This document shows positions 49,330-61,220 of a DNA stretch of 64,000 nt, one piece after another; position 1 is the first letter of the stretch, and each line of letters starts with the position of its first letter. The notes beneath the pieces are model-generated. The model was not told where the DNA came from and did not search any database. It saw only the letters and a list, made by a program, of their open reading frames with translations. The DNA is taken from assembly GCA_030390025.1 (NCBI GenBank), contig CM059432.1, positions 61,382,001 through 61,446,000 on the forward strand, read 5' to 3'. A program made the translations under genes and the position numbers. Source of the stretch: Squalus acanthias. Taxonomy: Eukaryota.

Positions 49330-51840
49330 TTGGGGTGGGCCAGGTTGACCAAGTGTCTGTGGGAGAACACTTGGGTACGAGTGATCATCGTATCATAAGA
49401 TGTATATTAGCAATGGAGAGGAGCAAGGAACAATCTAGAGTGGAACTTCTAAACTGGAATAGGGCTAACTTCAATGGGATGCGAAAGGATCTAGCCAGGG
49501 TAAAATGGAACCAAAGACTGACAGGAAAAACTGTAATGGAACATTGGGTGATCTTTAAGGAGGAGATGTTCCAAGTACAGGCTAGGTACATTCCAACAAG
49601 AGGGAAGGGTAAGGGAACCAAAGCAAGGGCTCCTTGAATGACGAGAGAGATAGAGAAGATGATTAAACAAAAAAAGAGGGTGTATGATGCATGTGAGATG
49701 AATTCTTCAAGGGAGAACCAGACCAAATATAACAGACCATGCTCTTGGTGTGTCTTTGATGTAAGGAAAGATTGTATCTCTGCATTTTTTCTGTGTTTAT
49801 ATTCTGTGAATTTTTGTAGATTCACTCATAGTAACTTTACCTGAAGAAGGGGCGATCGATAGCTCCAAAAGCTTGTAATTTTAAATAAATCTGTTGGACT
49901 ATAACCTGGTGTTGTGCGACTTCAAATATAATAAGTTGAGAGGGGAAGTGAAGATGAAAATAAGATTGGCAAAGAGAATATGAGAGTAGAATGGCGGTTA
50001 ACATAAAAGGGAACCCAAATATCTTCTACTGGCATGTAAACAGTAAACGGGTAGTAAGAGGCGAGGTGGGGCCTATTAGGGACAAAGGTGGTGATATATG
50101 CTTAGAGGTGCAGGGCAAGGCTAGAATACTCAATGAGTACTTTGTATCTTTACTAAGGAGGTGGATACTGACAAAATATCGGTAGAAGTGGAAAAGGTAG
50201 CAGCAATGGAAGGAGTGAAAATTGATAGACAGGATGTACTAGAAAGGCTGGGTATGCTTAGAGTGGATAAGTCGCCTGGTCCAGATGGCTTGCATCCCAG
50301 GTTGCTAAGGGAATTGGGGGAGGAGATAACAGAAGGGCTTGCCATAATTTTGCAATCTTCCCTAGATGCGGGGGAGGTACCTGAGGATTGGAAAGTGGCA
50401 AATGCGACACCATTTTTCAAGAAAGGGTGTAAGGACAATCCTAATAACTACAGGCCAGTCAGTTTAACATCAGTGGTGGGTAAAGTTTTAGAAAAAATAA
50501 TCAAGGAAAAAATTAACGGGCACTTGGAGAGGTTTAAGCTAATTAAGGAGAGCCAACATGGATTTGTAAAAGGCAGATCGTGTTTGACTAATCTAATTGA
50601 ATTTTTTGATGAAGTAACAGGGAGGATTGATGAAGGGAATGCATTGGATGTTGTCTACATGGATTTTAGGAAGGCGTTTTACAAAGTACCACATAGAAGG
50701 CTAGTTAACAAAATTGAGGCTCATGGAATAGGTGGGTCAGTGGCAGCTTGGAGAAGGAATTGGCTTAAGGACAGAAAACAGCGAGTTGTGGTAAATGGCT
50801 GTTTTTCAGACTGGAGGATGGAAGACAGTGGTGTTCCCCAAGGGTCAGTGCTGGGGCCACTGATTTTTTTGATATATATAAATGACCTGGATATTGGAAT
50901 ACAGAGTAGAATTTCTAAATTTGCCGATGACACCAAACTTGGAGGTGTGGCAAACAGTGAGGATGATACCAATCGACTGCAACAGGACATAGAAAGGCTA
51001 GCAGAATGGGCAGACAAGTAGCAGATGGAATTTAATACAGAGAAGTGTGAGGTGATGCATTTTGGCAGAAGGAACAGGGAGAGGCAATATATACTTAATG
51101 GCACAGTTTTAAAGAGTGTGCAGGGACAGAGGGACCTGGGAGTTAATGTGCATAGGTCCCTGAAGGTGGAAGGACATATCAAGAGAGTGGTTAGCAAAGC
51201 ATATGGGATCTTGGGCTTCATAAATAGAGGTATTGAGTACAAAAGTAGAAAAGTTATGCTGAACCTTTATAAAGCGCTGGTTAGGCCACAACTGGAGTAT
51301 TGCGTCCAGTTCTGGTCACCACACTTTAGGAAGGATGTGAAGACCCTTGAGAGGGTGCAGAGGAGATTTACCATAATGGTTCTGGGGATGGGGGATCTTA
51401 GCTACAAGGACAGGTTGGTGAAGCTGGATTTGTTTTCATTAGAGCAAAGGAGGTTGAGCGGTGATTTGATAGAGGTGTACAAGATTATGACGGGCTTGGA
51501 TGGCTAGACGGGGAAAGGCTGTTCCCACTAGTTGATGGTACAAGGACTAGGGGACACAGATGTAAGGTTTTGGGCAAGAGATACAGGGGGATGTGAGGAA
51601 AAACTTTTTTTACGCAGCAAGTGGTGAGGACCTGGAACTCGCTGCCGACGGAAGTGGTGGAAGCGGACACACTCAATGTTTTCAAGGGGAGACTGGATAG
51701 GCACATGAGGGAAATAAACTTGCAGGGCTATGGGGATAGAGCGGGGGAATGGGACTGACTGGATTGCTCTACAGAGAGCGGGCACGGACTCGATGGGCCG
51801 AATGGCCTCCTTCTGTGCCGTTATGACTCTATGACTATGA
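49330..51840 (+). mobile_element. 5'-truncated CR1 (end of EN, RT, 3' tail)
   Basis: LGTSDH, DKSPGPDGLHPR, NYRPVSL, FADD, tatgactc tail. Confidence 0.9.
49733..49922 (+). mobile_element. Solo 3' pLTR fragment of a related Penelope-like element with a mutated hammerhead
   Basis: Ends in ctgttggactataacctggtgttgtgcgac, as the full element does. TSD caaatataa at 49724-49732 and 49923-49931. Confidence 0.85.
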
Positions 51841-51879
51841 CACCTGTAAAATGTCCCATTCCTGGTTTAACAATCCTTG

Positions 51880-52200
51880 CTGATTCTCCATGGTAACTGT
51901 TAGGGATTTATATCTGGAAAATGGCTACCCAAGAAAAAGATTTGGAAGGCTTAGATTCACTGATCAGATGGCAAAACTTATTGTGGATGAGGTGCTCAGG
52001 AAAAGGTCACCAATATGTGGAATGTGTGTTGCCTCTCTCCTCCGTCCACTTCCCTCCCAAATCCCTGGATACACCAGAAAGAATAGAAGGGGTTTGCAAA
52101 GTAGTTGAACACAAACTTCTGCTATCAGGAAATATGATATTAAGGGCATTCAATAGCCAGGCTCAACAAGTAGCGTAGCAAAGACCACACAAAGTTTAAC
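51880..52200 (+). pseudogene. Harbinger-associated Myb/SANT-like ORF fossil
   Basis: RFTDQMAKLIVDEVLRKRSPI resembles the N-terminus of NAIF1/Myb_DNA-bind_5-type proteins. Disrupted downstream. Confidence 0.5.
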
Positions 52201-52274
52201 AAAGAACTTACACCTACAAGGAGCAGAGGCTGAATTTTCCTCATCAGCAAATTTACCCCCAGACATGCACTAAA

Positions 52275-52630
52275 AAATACCTTGCATTTATATAGCCCCT
52301 TTCACGACCTCAGGACATCCCAAAGCCAATGAGTACTTCTGAAGTCTTGTAATGTAAGTAAACGCAGCAGCCAAATTGCACACAGCAAGGTCCCACAAAC
52401 AACAAGATAAATGACAAGATAATTTATTCTTACTGGTGTTAGTTGAACACCAGGAGAACTTCCCTAGTTTTCTTTAAACAGTACCAGAGGATCATTTACA
52501 TCCAACTGAGAGGACAGAGGGGGGTTTGGTTTAACATTTCACCAGCCTAAATTATGTACTCAAATCTCTGGAGTAAGGCTTGAACCAATGCTCTTTTGAC
52601 TCAGAGCCAAGAGTGCTACCACTGAGCCAA
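52275..52630 (-). mobile_element. Deu-domain-like tRNA SINE, decayed
   Basis: gcacacagcaaggtcccacaaac core, tRNA-like head (ggttcaagcc; gctcagtggtagcactc on minus), L2-like tail. Confidence 0.65.
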
Positions 52631-52769
52631 GTCCGATATTAGAATTATTTTGTTCTACTGCCAAGAACCCACCCATCTTCCTCAGTGCGCTTTCATTACA
52701 TTTTCATGACGGGCTCCAGATGCTATTAGTGCCCTCTATAGACAGTCCATTTCTGAAGAGGAGGAAATT

Positions 52770-54985
52770 TCAGTGGAGAATAAGGAGATGGCAGAGACTT
52801 TGAACAAATATTTTCTATCTGTCTTCACAGTAGAAGACACAAAAAGCATACCAAAAATAGGGAGGGACCGAGGGGCTAATGAGAGCGAGGAACTTAACGT
52901 AATTAAGATCAGTAGAGAAAAAGTACTTGAAAAACTACTGGGTCTAAAAGCCAACAAATCCCCTGGTCTACATCCTAAGGTTCTAAAAGAGGTGGCTGCA
53001 GAGATAGTGGATGCATTGGTTGTGATCTTCCAAAATTCCCCAGATTCTAGAACAGTCCCAGTGGATTGGAATGGAAGCAAATATAACCCGCTATTCAAGA
53101 AAGGAGAGCGAGAGAAAACAGGGAACTATAGGCCAGTTAGCCTGACATTAGTAGTTGGGAAAATGCTGGAACCCATTATTTAGGAAGTGGCAACAGGGCA
53201 TTTAGAAAATCAGAATATGATTAGGCAGAGTCAACATGGTTTTATAAAAGGGAGATCATGTTTAACAAATTTATTAGAGTTTTTTGAGGATGTAACTAGC
53301 AGGGTAAAGGGGAACCGGTGGATGTAGTATATTTGTATTTCCAAAAGGCATTTGATAAGGTGCCACATAATAGGTTGTTACACAAGGGCACATGGAGTTG
53401 GGGGTAATATATTAGCATGAATAGAGGATTGGTTAATGGACAGAAAACAGAGAGTAGGGATAAGCAGGTCATTTTCAGGTTGGCAGGCTGTAACTAGTGG
53501 GGTGCCACAAGGATCAGTGCTTGGGCCTCAGCTATTTACAATCTATATTAATGACTTAGATGAAGAGACCAAGTGTAATGTATCCAAGTTTGCTGACGAT
53601 ACAAAGATAGGTGGGAAAGTAAGCTGTGAGGACACAAACGGGGAGAAATTGAGTTTGGGGTGATAACTTTAGCGGTAATGAAAAAGTAGCGCTGGGCACT
53701 ACGCCAATGAATCCAACGCAAACTTCGGGTTTAGCGCTCCAGGAAGGAAGTGGAGCACTAAATCAAGCATTACCACTTCCCTTGGAGCGCTAGAGGGGCG
53801 GTAGCGGTGTAGCACTGCCCAATGTCGAGTGCAGCGCAGAATTTTTTTAAATGGTGAGAAACTATTAAATGTTGCTGTTCAGAGAGATTTAGGTGTCCTC
53901 GTACAGGAAACACAGAGAGTTGGCATGCAAGTACAGCAAGCAATTAGGAAGGCAAATGGCATGCAGGCCTTTATTGCAAGGGGGTTGGAGTACAAGAGTA
54001 AGAGGGGGAAAAATTGGGTGGCGCCCCTTTTGGGGCGCTAACGTCACCGGGGCGCTAATTTTGATGCCCCGAAAAAGTTAGCACCCCTTCGCTGGAAATT
54101 CATTAGTAGCACCCCAAGCAGGAGGTGGAGCGCTACTGGAAGTGCTCCACCTCCTTCTTGGGGCACAACTGAAGATCGCGGCGCTACGTGCAACAGTGCC
54201 ACGCGTGTTGGCACGTAGCGCCACGTCATTGCAGGCCTCCTCCCCTGATTAAGGGGGAGGGGCCTAGCGCTGCGCACACCAGGGCCCTGCGAGACCACCA
54301 GGGTGCCATGAAAACAAACCGGCACTTAAGAGGAGTGCCAGGCTGAGTGATCACGGCCGGCACCCCGAGAAAAAAAGGGGAAGGGGGCAGGTACTGGCAG
54401 TCGGCCAAATTTCCCCCCCGGGAAGTCTTGTTACAATTGTACAGGGCTTTGGTGAAACCACACCTGGAGTACTGTGCAGTTTTGGTCTCCTTATCTGGGG
54501 AAGGATATACTTGCCTTAGAGGCGGTGCAACGAAGGTTCACTAGATTGATCCGAGATGAGAGGGTTGTCCTATGAGGAGAGATTGAGTAGATTGGGCCTA
54601 TACTCTCTAGAGTTTAGAAGAATTAGAGGTGATCTCATTGAAACATATAAGATTGTGAGGGCTTGTTTCCCCTGGCTGGAGAGTCTAGAACTAGGGGGCA
54701 TAGTCTCACGATAAGGTGTCGGCCATTTAAAATTGAGATGAGGAGGAATTTCTTCACTCAGAGGGTTGTGAATCTTTGGAATTCTCTACCCCAAAGGGCT
54801 GTGGATGCTGAATCGTTGAGTATATTCAAGGCTGAGATAGATAAGATTTTTGGATTCCAGGGAGTCAAGGGATATGGCAGCAAAGTGGAGTTGAGGTTGA
54901 AGATCAGTCATGATCTTATTGAATGGCTGAGCAGGCTCGAGGGGACGTATGGCCAACTCCTGCTCCTAATTCTTATGTTCTTATG
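52770..54985 (+). mobile_element. Decayed CR1 with two GC-rich MITE insertions (about 53640-53840 and 54004-54419)
   Basis: CR1 RT motifs are broken by segments starting ggggagaaatt and gggggaaaaatt; the second ends aaatttccccc. Confidence 0.8.
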
Positions 54986-56389
54986 TGCTGCTGCAGCATC
55001 TGAAAGGGTCAGGGCAGCTATTGTGTGTCTACAACCATGTCACTCAATGCAATGTCTGAAGCTAGTGTCTCTTCAGAGGTCTGGCCCCACAATTTTAAAG
55101 ACTCTTCAGCTGATTCCTTACTGTCTGTATTCTAGCAAGAGGAGCCAGCTTTTAGGTCTCAAGGGATCTGAGCCCCTGACAGAGCCTATGCAAAAAGTTG
55201 GCCCTGGCAGTGTGTGCCACCTCGCTTCTGTTAAGGAATTCCTTCTGAATCTGGGGTTGCATTCCATATGATGGTACGCAGAGTGCCTTCACTCTCTAAT
55301 TTATTTTTAAACAAGTGATTGAGAATGTATAATTGCGCGTTGCTCAGTTTGCCCACATTTAAAATGCGACCAGGCATGGTACCAGGAATAATATATTTTT
55401 AATGCAATTCTAAATTTTAGTTGGCATATTAGAAAAGGCTCAAATTCTTGCTGACAGGAAGTTATGAAGATACCACAGCTATAGCATCTGCTGCTCCAAT
55501 TTGCTATTCAGGGTTAACCTTTTCATAACATTAGATGGTGGCTGTTATCTCCTAAATATTTATTATATTTAATCTTTTTAAGCTAAGTTTTTCACTTCAA
55601 TATTCTTTTGTTTAGGGCTGACTTTACAAAAACATATTCCTGGCGTGGAGTTGCACCTCCGGTAGCTTCATTTGGAAATCTGACATTTAGTGAGTCTCTT
55701 GGAAAGAATGATTATGGGCTGGGGAATATGTGCCCACAGAGGACACACAAAAGTTTTGCCTGTAGCCCTCTAAGGATGTTTCTCAGTTGCCACTATGCAC
55801 GACAACCATATCCATCCTTTAGGCCTTTGAATAGATGTGGCCTCCAGTTCATCCACTCATATACTGCATTTACAGTGAAGTTGTGACGCCAGCGTGGGAG
55901 GAGCTCTGAGGAAATTCCCAGCTATGGTGTTAAGAAGGAGCTGTAGAGAAGGGATTGGAATTTTTGGCACTTTCTGGTGAAAATGTTGTTCTATAAAGTA
56001 AACACAGCTTCTGTAGATGGAGTTCTGAGGTCATTTAAGTTTTTGAGGGTTTGGATGATGGCAGGGGAAATGCAAACTTCTGTCTTATGAAGGAATTTGG
56101 CAGAACATTTTGACAGTGAAAGAGAACAGACGGATATAAAGTGACTTTATTTGGTATTGCATCATTATTCATTGAAAGCATTGGTCTATCATTTGCGTCC
56201 TTTCTCTGGCTATTGGCTGTCCTGTCCTGTCCCCTGTTGTCTTCTTCCTGTGCATCCTTCTTGTGCTGCGAGAAGGGAGGTCCTTCCACTCACTTTTCAT
56301 TATCATCACCTTCAGCTTCCGGAAGCAGCAAGCCTTTCCTCATCAAGTTGTTTTGTACTATGCAGCATGATACTATTGGCTAGGTTAAA

Positions 56390-57915
56390 TTCCTACTAAA
56401 TTGCTGACTACCCAACTTCCCTTCCTGGCTCCCATGTCAACAGATATTGTTAACGGTTCTCTCCTCAGGTATTGTCCCCCTTTCCCTCAAATCTGCCACC
56501 ATCACCCCTCTCTGTAAAAAAAAACCCTTGACCCCTCCGTCCTTGAAAGTATCGCCCCATCTCCAACCTCCTTTTCCTCTCCAAAGTTCTTGAACGTGTA
56601 GTCGCCTCCCAAATCCGTGCCCATCTTTCAAAGAACTTGTTTGAATCCCTCCAAATAGGCTTCCACCCCTGTCATAGTATTGAAACTGCTCTTACCAAGG
56701 TCTGCGACAAAGGTAATCTATCCCTTCTCATCCTTCTAGACCTGTCTGCAGCCTTTGACACGGTTGACCACAAAATTCTGCTCCAACACCTCTCCACCGG
56801 CATCCAGCTGGATGGGACTGCACTGGCCTGGTTTCATTCCTATCTTTCCAGCTGTAATCATAGAATCACCTGCAATGGCTTCTCTTCCCGATCCCGCACT
56901 GTCACCTCTGGTGTCCCCCAAGAATCTATCCATGGCCCCCTCCTATTTTTATCTACATGCTGCCCCTCAGTGACATCATCTGGCAACACAACCTGAGTTT
57001 TCACATGTATGCTGATGATACCCAGCTCTACTTCTCCTCCACTGTCTCTATACTATCAGACTGCTTGTCAGACGTACAGCACTGGACGAGTAGAAATTTC
57101 CTCCAATTACATATCGGGAAGACCGATTGTCTTCGGTTCAAGCCACAAACTCCATTTCCTTTCCACTAATTCAATCTCTCTCCCCGGCAACTGTCTAAGG
57201 CTGACCAAGTCTATTCGCAACCTTGGTGTCATATCTGATCACGAATTGAGCTTCCTACCTCACATCCATTCTATCACTAAGACTGCCCATTTCCACCTCT
57301 ATAACATCGCCCGTCTCCACCCTTACCTCAACTTATCGGCAGCCGAAACCCTCATCCATGCCTTTAGTACCTCTAAACTTGACTATTCCAACGCACCCCT
57401 GGCCGGCCTCCCTAGTTCTACCCCTCCATAAACTTGAGGTCATCCAACACTCTGACGCCCGTGTCCTAACTTGCACCAAGTCCCGGTCACCCATCTCCCC
57501 TGTGCTTGCTGCCTACATTGGCTCCCAGTTAAGCAAAGCCTCGATTTAAAAATTCTCATACTTGTTTTCAAATCCCTCCATGGCCTCGCCCCATCTCATT
57601 TCTGTAATCTCTTCCAGCCCTATAATCCCTCTAGACCTCTGCGCTCCACCTATTCTGGCCTTTTGAACATCCCCGATTTTAAATGCAGTTGTGCCTTCAG
57701 CTGCCTACGTCCGAAGCTCTGGAATTCCCTCCCTAAATCTCTCCGCCTCTCCACTTCTCTTTCCTCCTTTAAGATACTCCTTAAAACCTACCTCTTCGAC
57801 CAAGATTTTGGTCATCTGCCCTAACATCTCCTTATATGGCTCGGTGTCAAATTTGTTTTTGATAACACTCCTGTGAAGCGCCTTGGGATGTTTTATTACG
57901 TTAAAGGCACTATAT
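56390..57915 (+). mobile_element. L2 LINE, RT to 3' end, decayed
   Basis: LLDLSAAFDTVDH, GVPQES, HMYADDTQLY, LHWLPV. Confidence 0.9.
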
Positions 57916-57919
57916 CAAT

Positions 57920-59142
57920 AGTTGTCGCCTCCCAAATCCGTGCCCATCTTTCCCGGACTCCATGTTTGAATCTCTCCAATCCAGTTTCCGCCCGCCACAG
58001 TACCGAAACGGCTCTCATCAAAGTCACAATTGACATCCTTTATGACTGTGACAAAGATAAACTATCCCTTCTCAACCAGTCTGCAGCCTTTGACACGGCC
58101 GACCACTCCATCATCCTCCTCCAACGCCTCGCCACCATCATCCAGCTGGGTGGGACTGCATCGCCTGGTTCCATTCTTATCTATCTAATCATAGCCAGAA
58201 AATCACCTGCAATGGCTTCTCTTCCCACTCTTGCATCGTTACCTCTGGGGTCTCACAAGGATCTATCCTTGGCCCCCTCCTATTTCTCATCTATATGCTG
58301 CCCTTTGGCAACATCATCCTAAAACACAGCGTCAGTTTCCACATGTATGCTGACGACACCCAGCTCTACCTCACCACTTCTCTAGACCCCTCCACGGTCT
58401 CTAAATTGACACACCGTTTGTCCGACATCCAGTTCTGGATGAGCAGAAATTTTCTCCAATTAAATATTGGGAAGACCAAAGCCATTGTCTTCGGGCCCTG
58501 CCACCGACTCCATCCCTCTCCTTAGCATCTGTCTGAGGCTGAACCAGACTGCTTGCAACCTTGGTGTCATATCTGACCCTGAAATGAGCTTCCGACCACA
58601 TATCCATGGCATAACTAAGACCACCTATTTCCACCTCCGCCTCCGTAACGTTGCCCGTCTCCGCCCCTGTCTCAACTCATCTGCTGCCAAAACCTTCGTC
58701 CATGCCTTTGTTACCGCTAGACTTGACAATTCTAATGCACTCCTGGCTGGCCTCCCACATTCTACCCTACATAAACTTGAGGTCATCCAAAACTCGGCTG
58801 CCCGCGTCCTAACTCGCACCAAGTCCTGTTCACTCATCACCCCTGTGCTCGCTGACCTACATTGGCTCCCGGTTAAGCAACGCCTCGATTTCAAAATTCT
58901 CATCCTTGTTTTCGAAGCGAAGCTCTGGAACTCCCTCCTTAACCTCTCTGCCTCTCTTTCCTCCTTTAAGGCACTCCTTAAAACCTACCTCTTTGACCAA
59001 GCTTTTGGTCACCTGCCTTAATTTTTTATGTGGCTCGGTATCTATTTTTTGTCTTGTAACATTCCTGTAAAGCAGGAGTGTTTACTACGTTAAAGGTGTT
59101 TTACTACGTTAAACGTGTTATATAAATAGAAGTTGTTGTTGT
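57920..59142 (+). mobile_element. Second tandem L2 LINE fragment
   Basis: HSTETALIKV, SAAFDT, HMYADDTQLY, LHWLPVKQRLDFK, (gtt)n tail. Confidence 0.9.
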
Positions 59143-60479
59143 TCCATCACATTTATCCAGGCACCTAAAACAAAACTTGAGATGCCTATAGTCTGCTCTA
59201 TTACACTTCTTGTTCGAGCATGGTCCTCATTATATCTGTTGTCCTTTGTCTGCAGAAGTCTTACTGGAAATCATAAGCCATGACTGCAGAAGCTAACATG
59301 ATCACCATTGCACCATCCTGATACATGGTTCCAAGTCATGAGGTATGCTGAATTATTGCATGATAAAAGCAATGTGTCAATTTTCTGGACATCTGATATT
59401 GACAGGCAGGTGAAGATGATTGGCATCACACACTAGCTGGACAACAATAGAAAGAAAGCCTTTCCTATTCATAAGATTGAGGGGGTTGTCATATAGGGCT
59501 TTGAGTGCCACATGCGTTGTGAATTGCTCTTTGTGCCTGTGGGAACCCTGTAGTGTGTAAAAATGGATAGCTCTCTGTCAGTTGGTCTGGTTCCATTAGG
59601 AAGTATATTAATTGCACAGCACTCTTGAATAGAGCTTCAGTGACCCTCTTGATATAATGGTGAGCAGCTGCCTGACTAACATGGTTTGGAAGGAGCGAGT
59701 CGCAAAGAAATTCAAGGCAGTTGTGACTTTGACTGGTACAGACAGTGCTGTTTTCCTCATGGAAGTGGGCCACAGGTCTTCAGCTGGAAGTTGACATATT
59801 CCCCAATAACAGGCAAGTAACATAACACCCACCTTCAGTACCAGCACAGAAAAGAGACTCCTGAATGTGGTATCCACCTCAGGGATACTTTTCGGTGCTC
59901 ATACTTCCATTTATATAATAGCAGTAATTATTTGGGGCAGAGATTGTGGAAAAAGATTTGGAGGAGCTAGCCATGGCATACATATAGGATCCTCTCTTGG
60001 CAGGCGGTAAAAGGGGGCTGGGTCCTTTTTGGGGGGATAAATCAGCTTTTAATAATCGATGTTACACCCCTAGCTTGGCAGTAATTCAGAGGAGAATTCA
60101 ACCCAGATAGTCACGAGAACTAAAGGAAAGATGCCGAGATTAAATAATGTATGCAAACTGGATTAAAAAGGAACACCATTAAAAGCAAGACGTGCGTGAG
60201 AAGGTGGTAAAAAGCAGAGAAGCAGCACAGGAAATTAAAAGGAAAATGGGAAATAGACGAGAGCAAGCTAGCAGAGTTTGAAATACACAGTTGTGCCGCC
60301 AGCTCTGGAAGCAGGCGCCCTATGATCCACACAGCAGATGTCACAAATGGAGTGCGAGAGAGAACAACGATTTTATTGTACCAAAGGGCGGTGGTAAAAA
60401 AAACTCTGCACCATGGCAAATGGCAGTAGAGTGGGTTCTTGCTAACAGAGCTTAGTTTAAGGGTAATCAGGGCCTATAA

Positions 60480-60990
60480 CACGGGACAGAAGGTCAGGAT
60501 ACTCCGAGAGGTCCCAACATCGGAATCCGAAGGGGCTGAACGCTCCAGGCGGTTTTAAAGCAGTGCTTCCACCGCTGGGTGGCTGGTTTAAAGTCTCCTC
60601 TCACTAATACGTGCAGATTTCTAAAGGCGCTTTTACCTTCTGTTCAGGGCCTGGTGGGCCGAGGCTTCAGATTGCGACACAAGTGCGCCACTGTCCCCTG
60701 CGGCGCAGCAAACGAAGACCCGCGCATGCGTGTACCCGTCCAGCCGGCGCGGAACTTTTCACAAGGGCGCGTGCGAGAAACGTCAAATCAATGACGTCAG
60801 GACGGTCACGTGCGTCATAAAGCCGCCTTTCATCGTTCCAAGAGCGCGCCGAGCCGGTTCGAGTGGCGTAAACGTCACGGAGGGAGCTGCGATGATTGGT
60901 GGCCGCTGAGAGAGCCAGGACAAAGCAGCTCAGTCAGCTTACCAGGGCTCTCAGCTGTGTTGGAATCGACAGCACTACCGTAATGATATG
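60480..60990. promoter_or_regulatory. CpG-island-like promoter
   Basis: CpG-rich segment not recognised as a repeat. NRF1-like gcgcatgcg at 60722, CRE tgacgtca at 60792-60799, E-box gtcacgtg at 60805-60812, inverted CCAAT near 60895. Confidence 0.65.
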
Positions 60991-61220
60991 GATGGATGGG
61001 TGGGGGTAAAATCCTGAAATTGACGAGTTTGTCAGTAATTCTTAATAAATTAGAATTTGCAACAGGAAAGCTACCTATAATGTGGTTCCAATTTGCCAAT
61101 CTCACCATAATGATGACTATTGCGGAAAATTGTCAGGCTGAATGGCCTCCTGAGATGTACGATTGTAACCAATAATATATTCTGATTAAAAAAGGAAAAT
61201 TGCTCAATTCCCCAGCACCC

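Larger units (their letters stand above)
56100..59900 (-). pseudogene. Harbinger transposase fossil split by two L2 insertions
   Basis: N-terminal ALSVPVKVTTALNFFAT and QAAAHHYIKRVTEALF; then QSWLM, RYNEDHARTRSVIEQTIG, FRCLD (59150-59760). C-terminal IVSCCIVQN plus acidic tail at 56200-56385. Confidence 0.75.
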
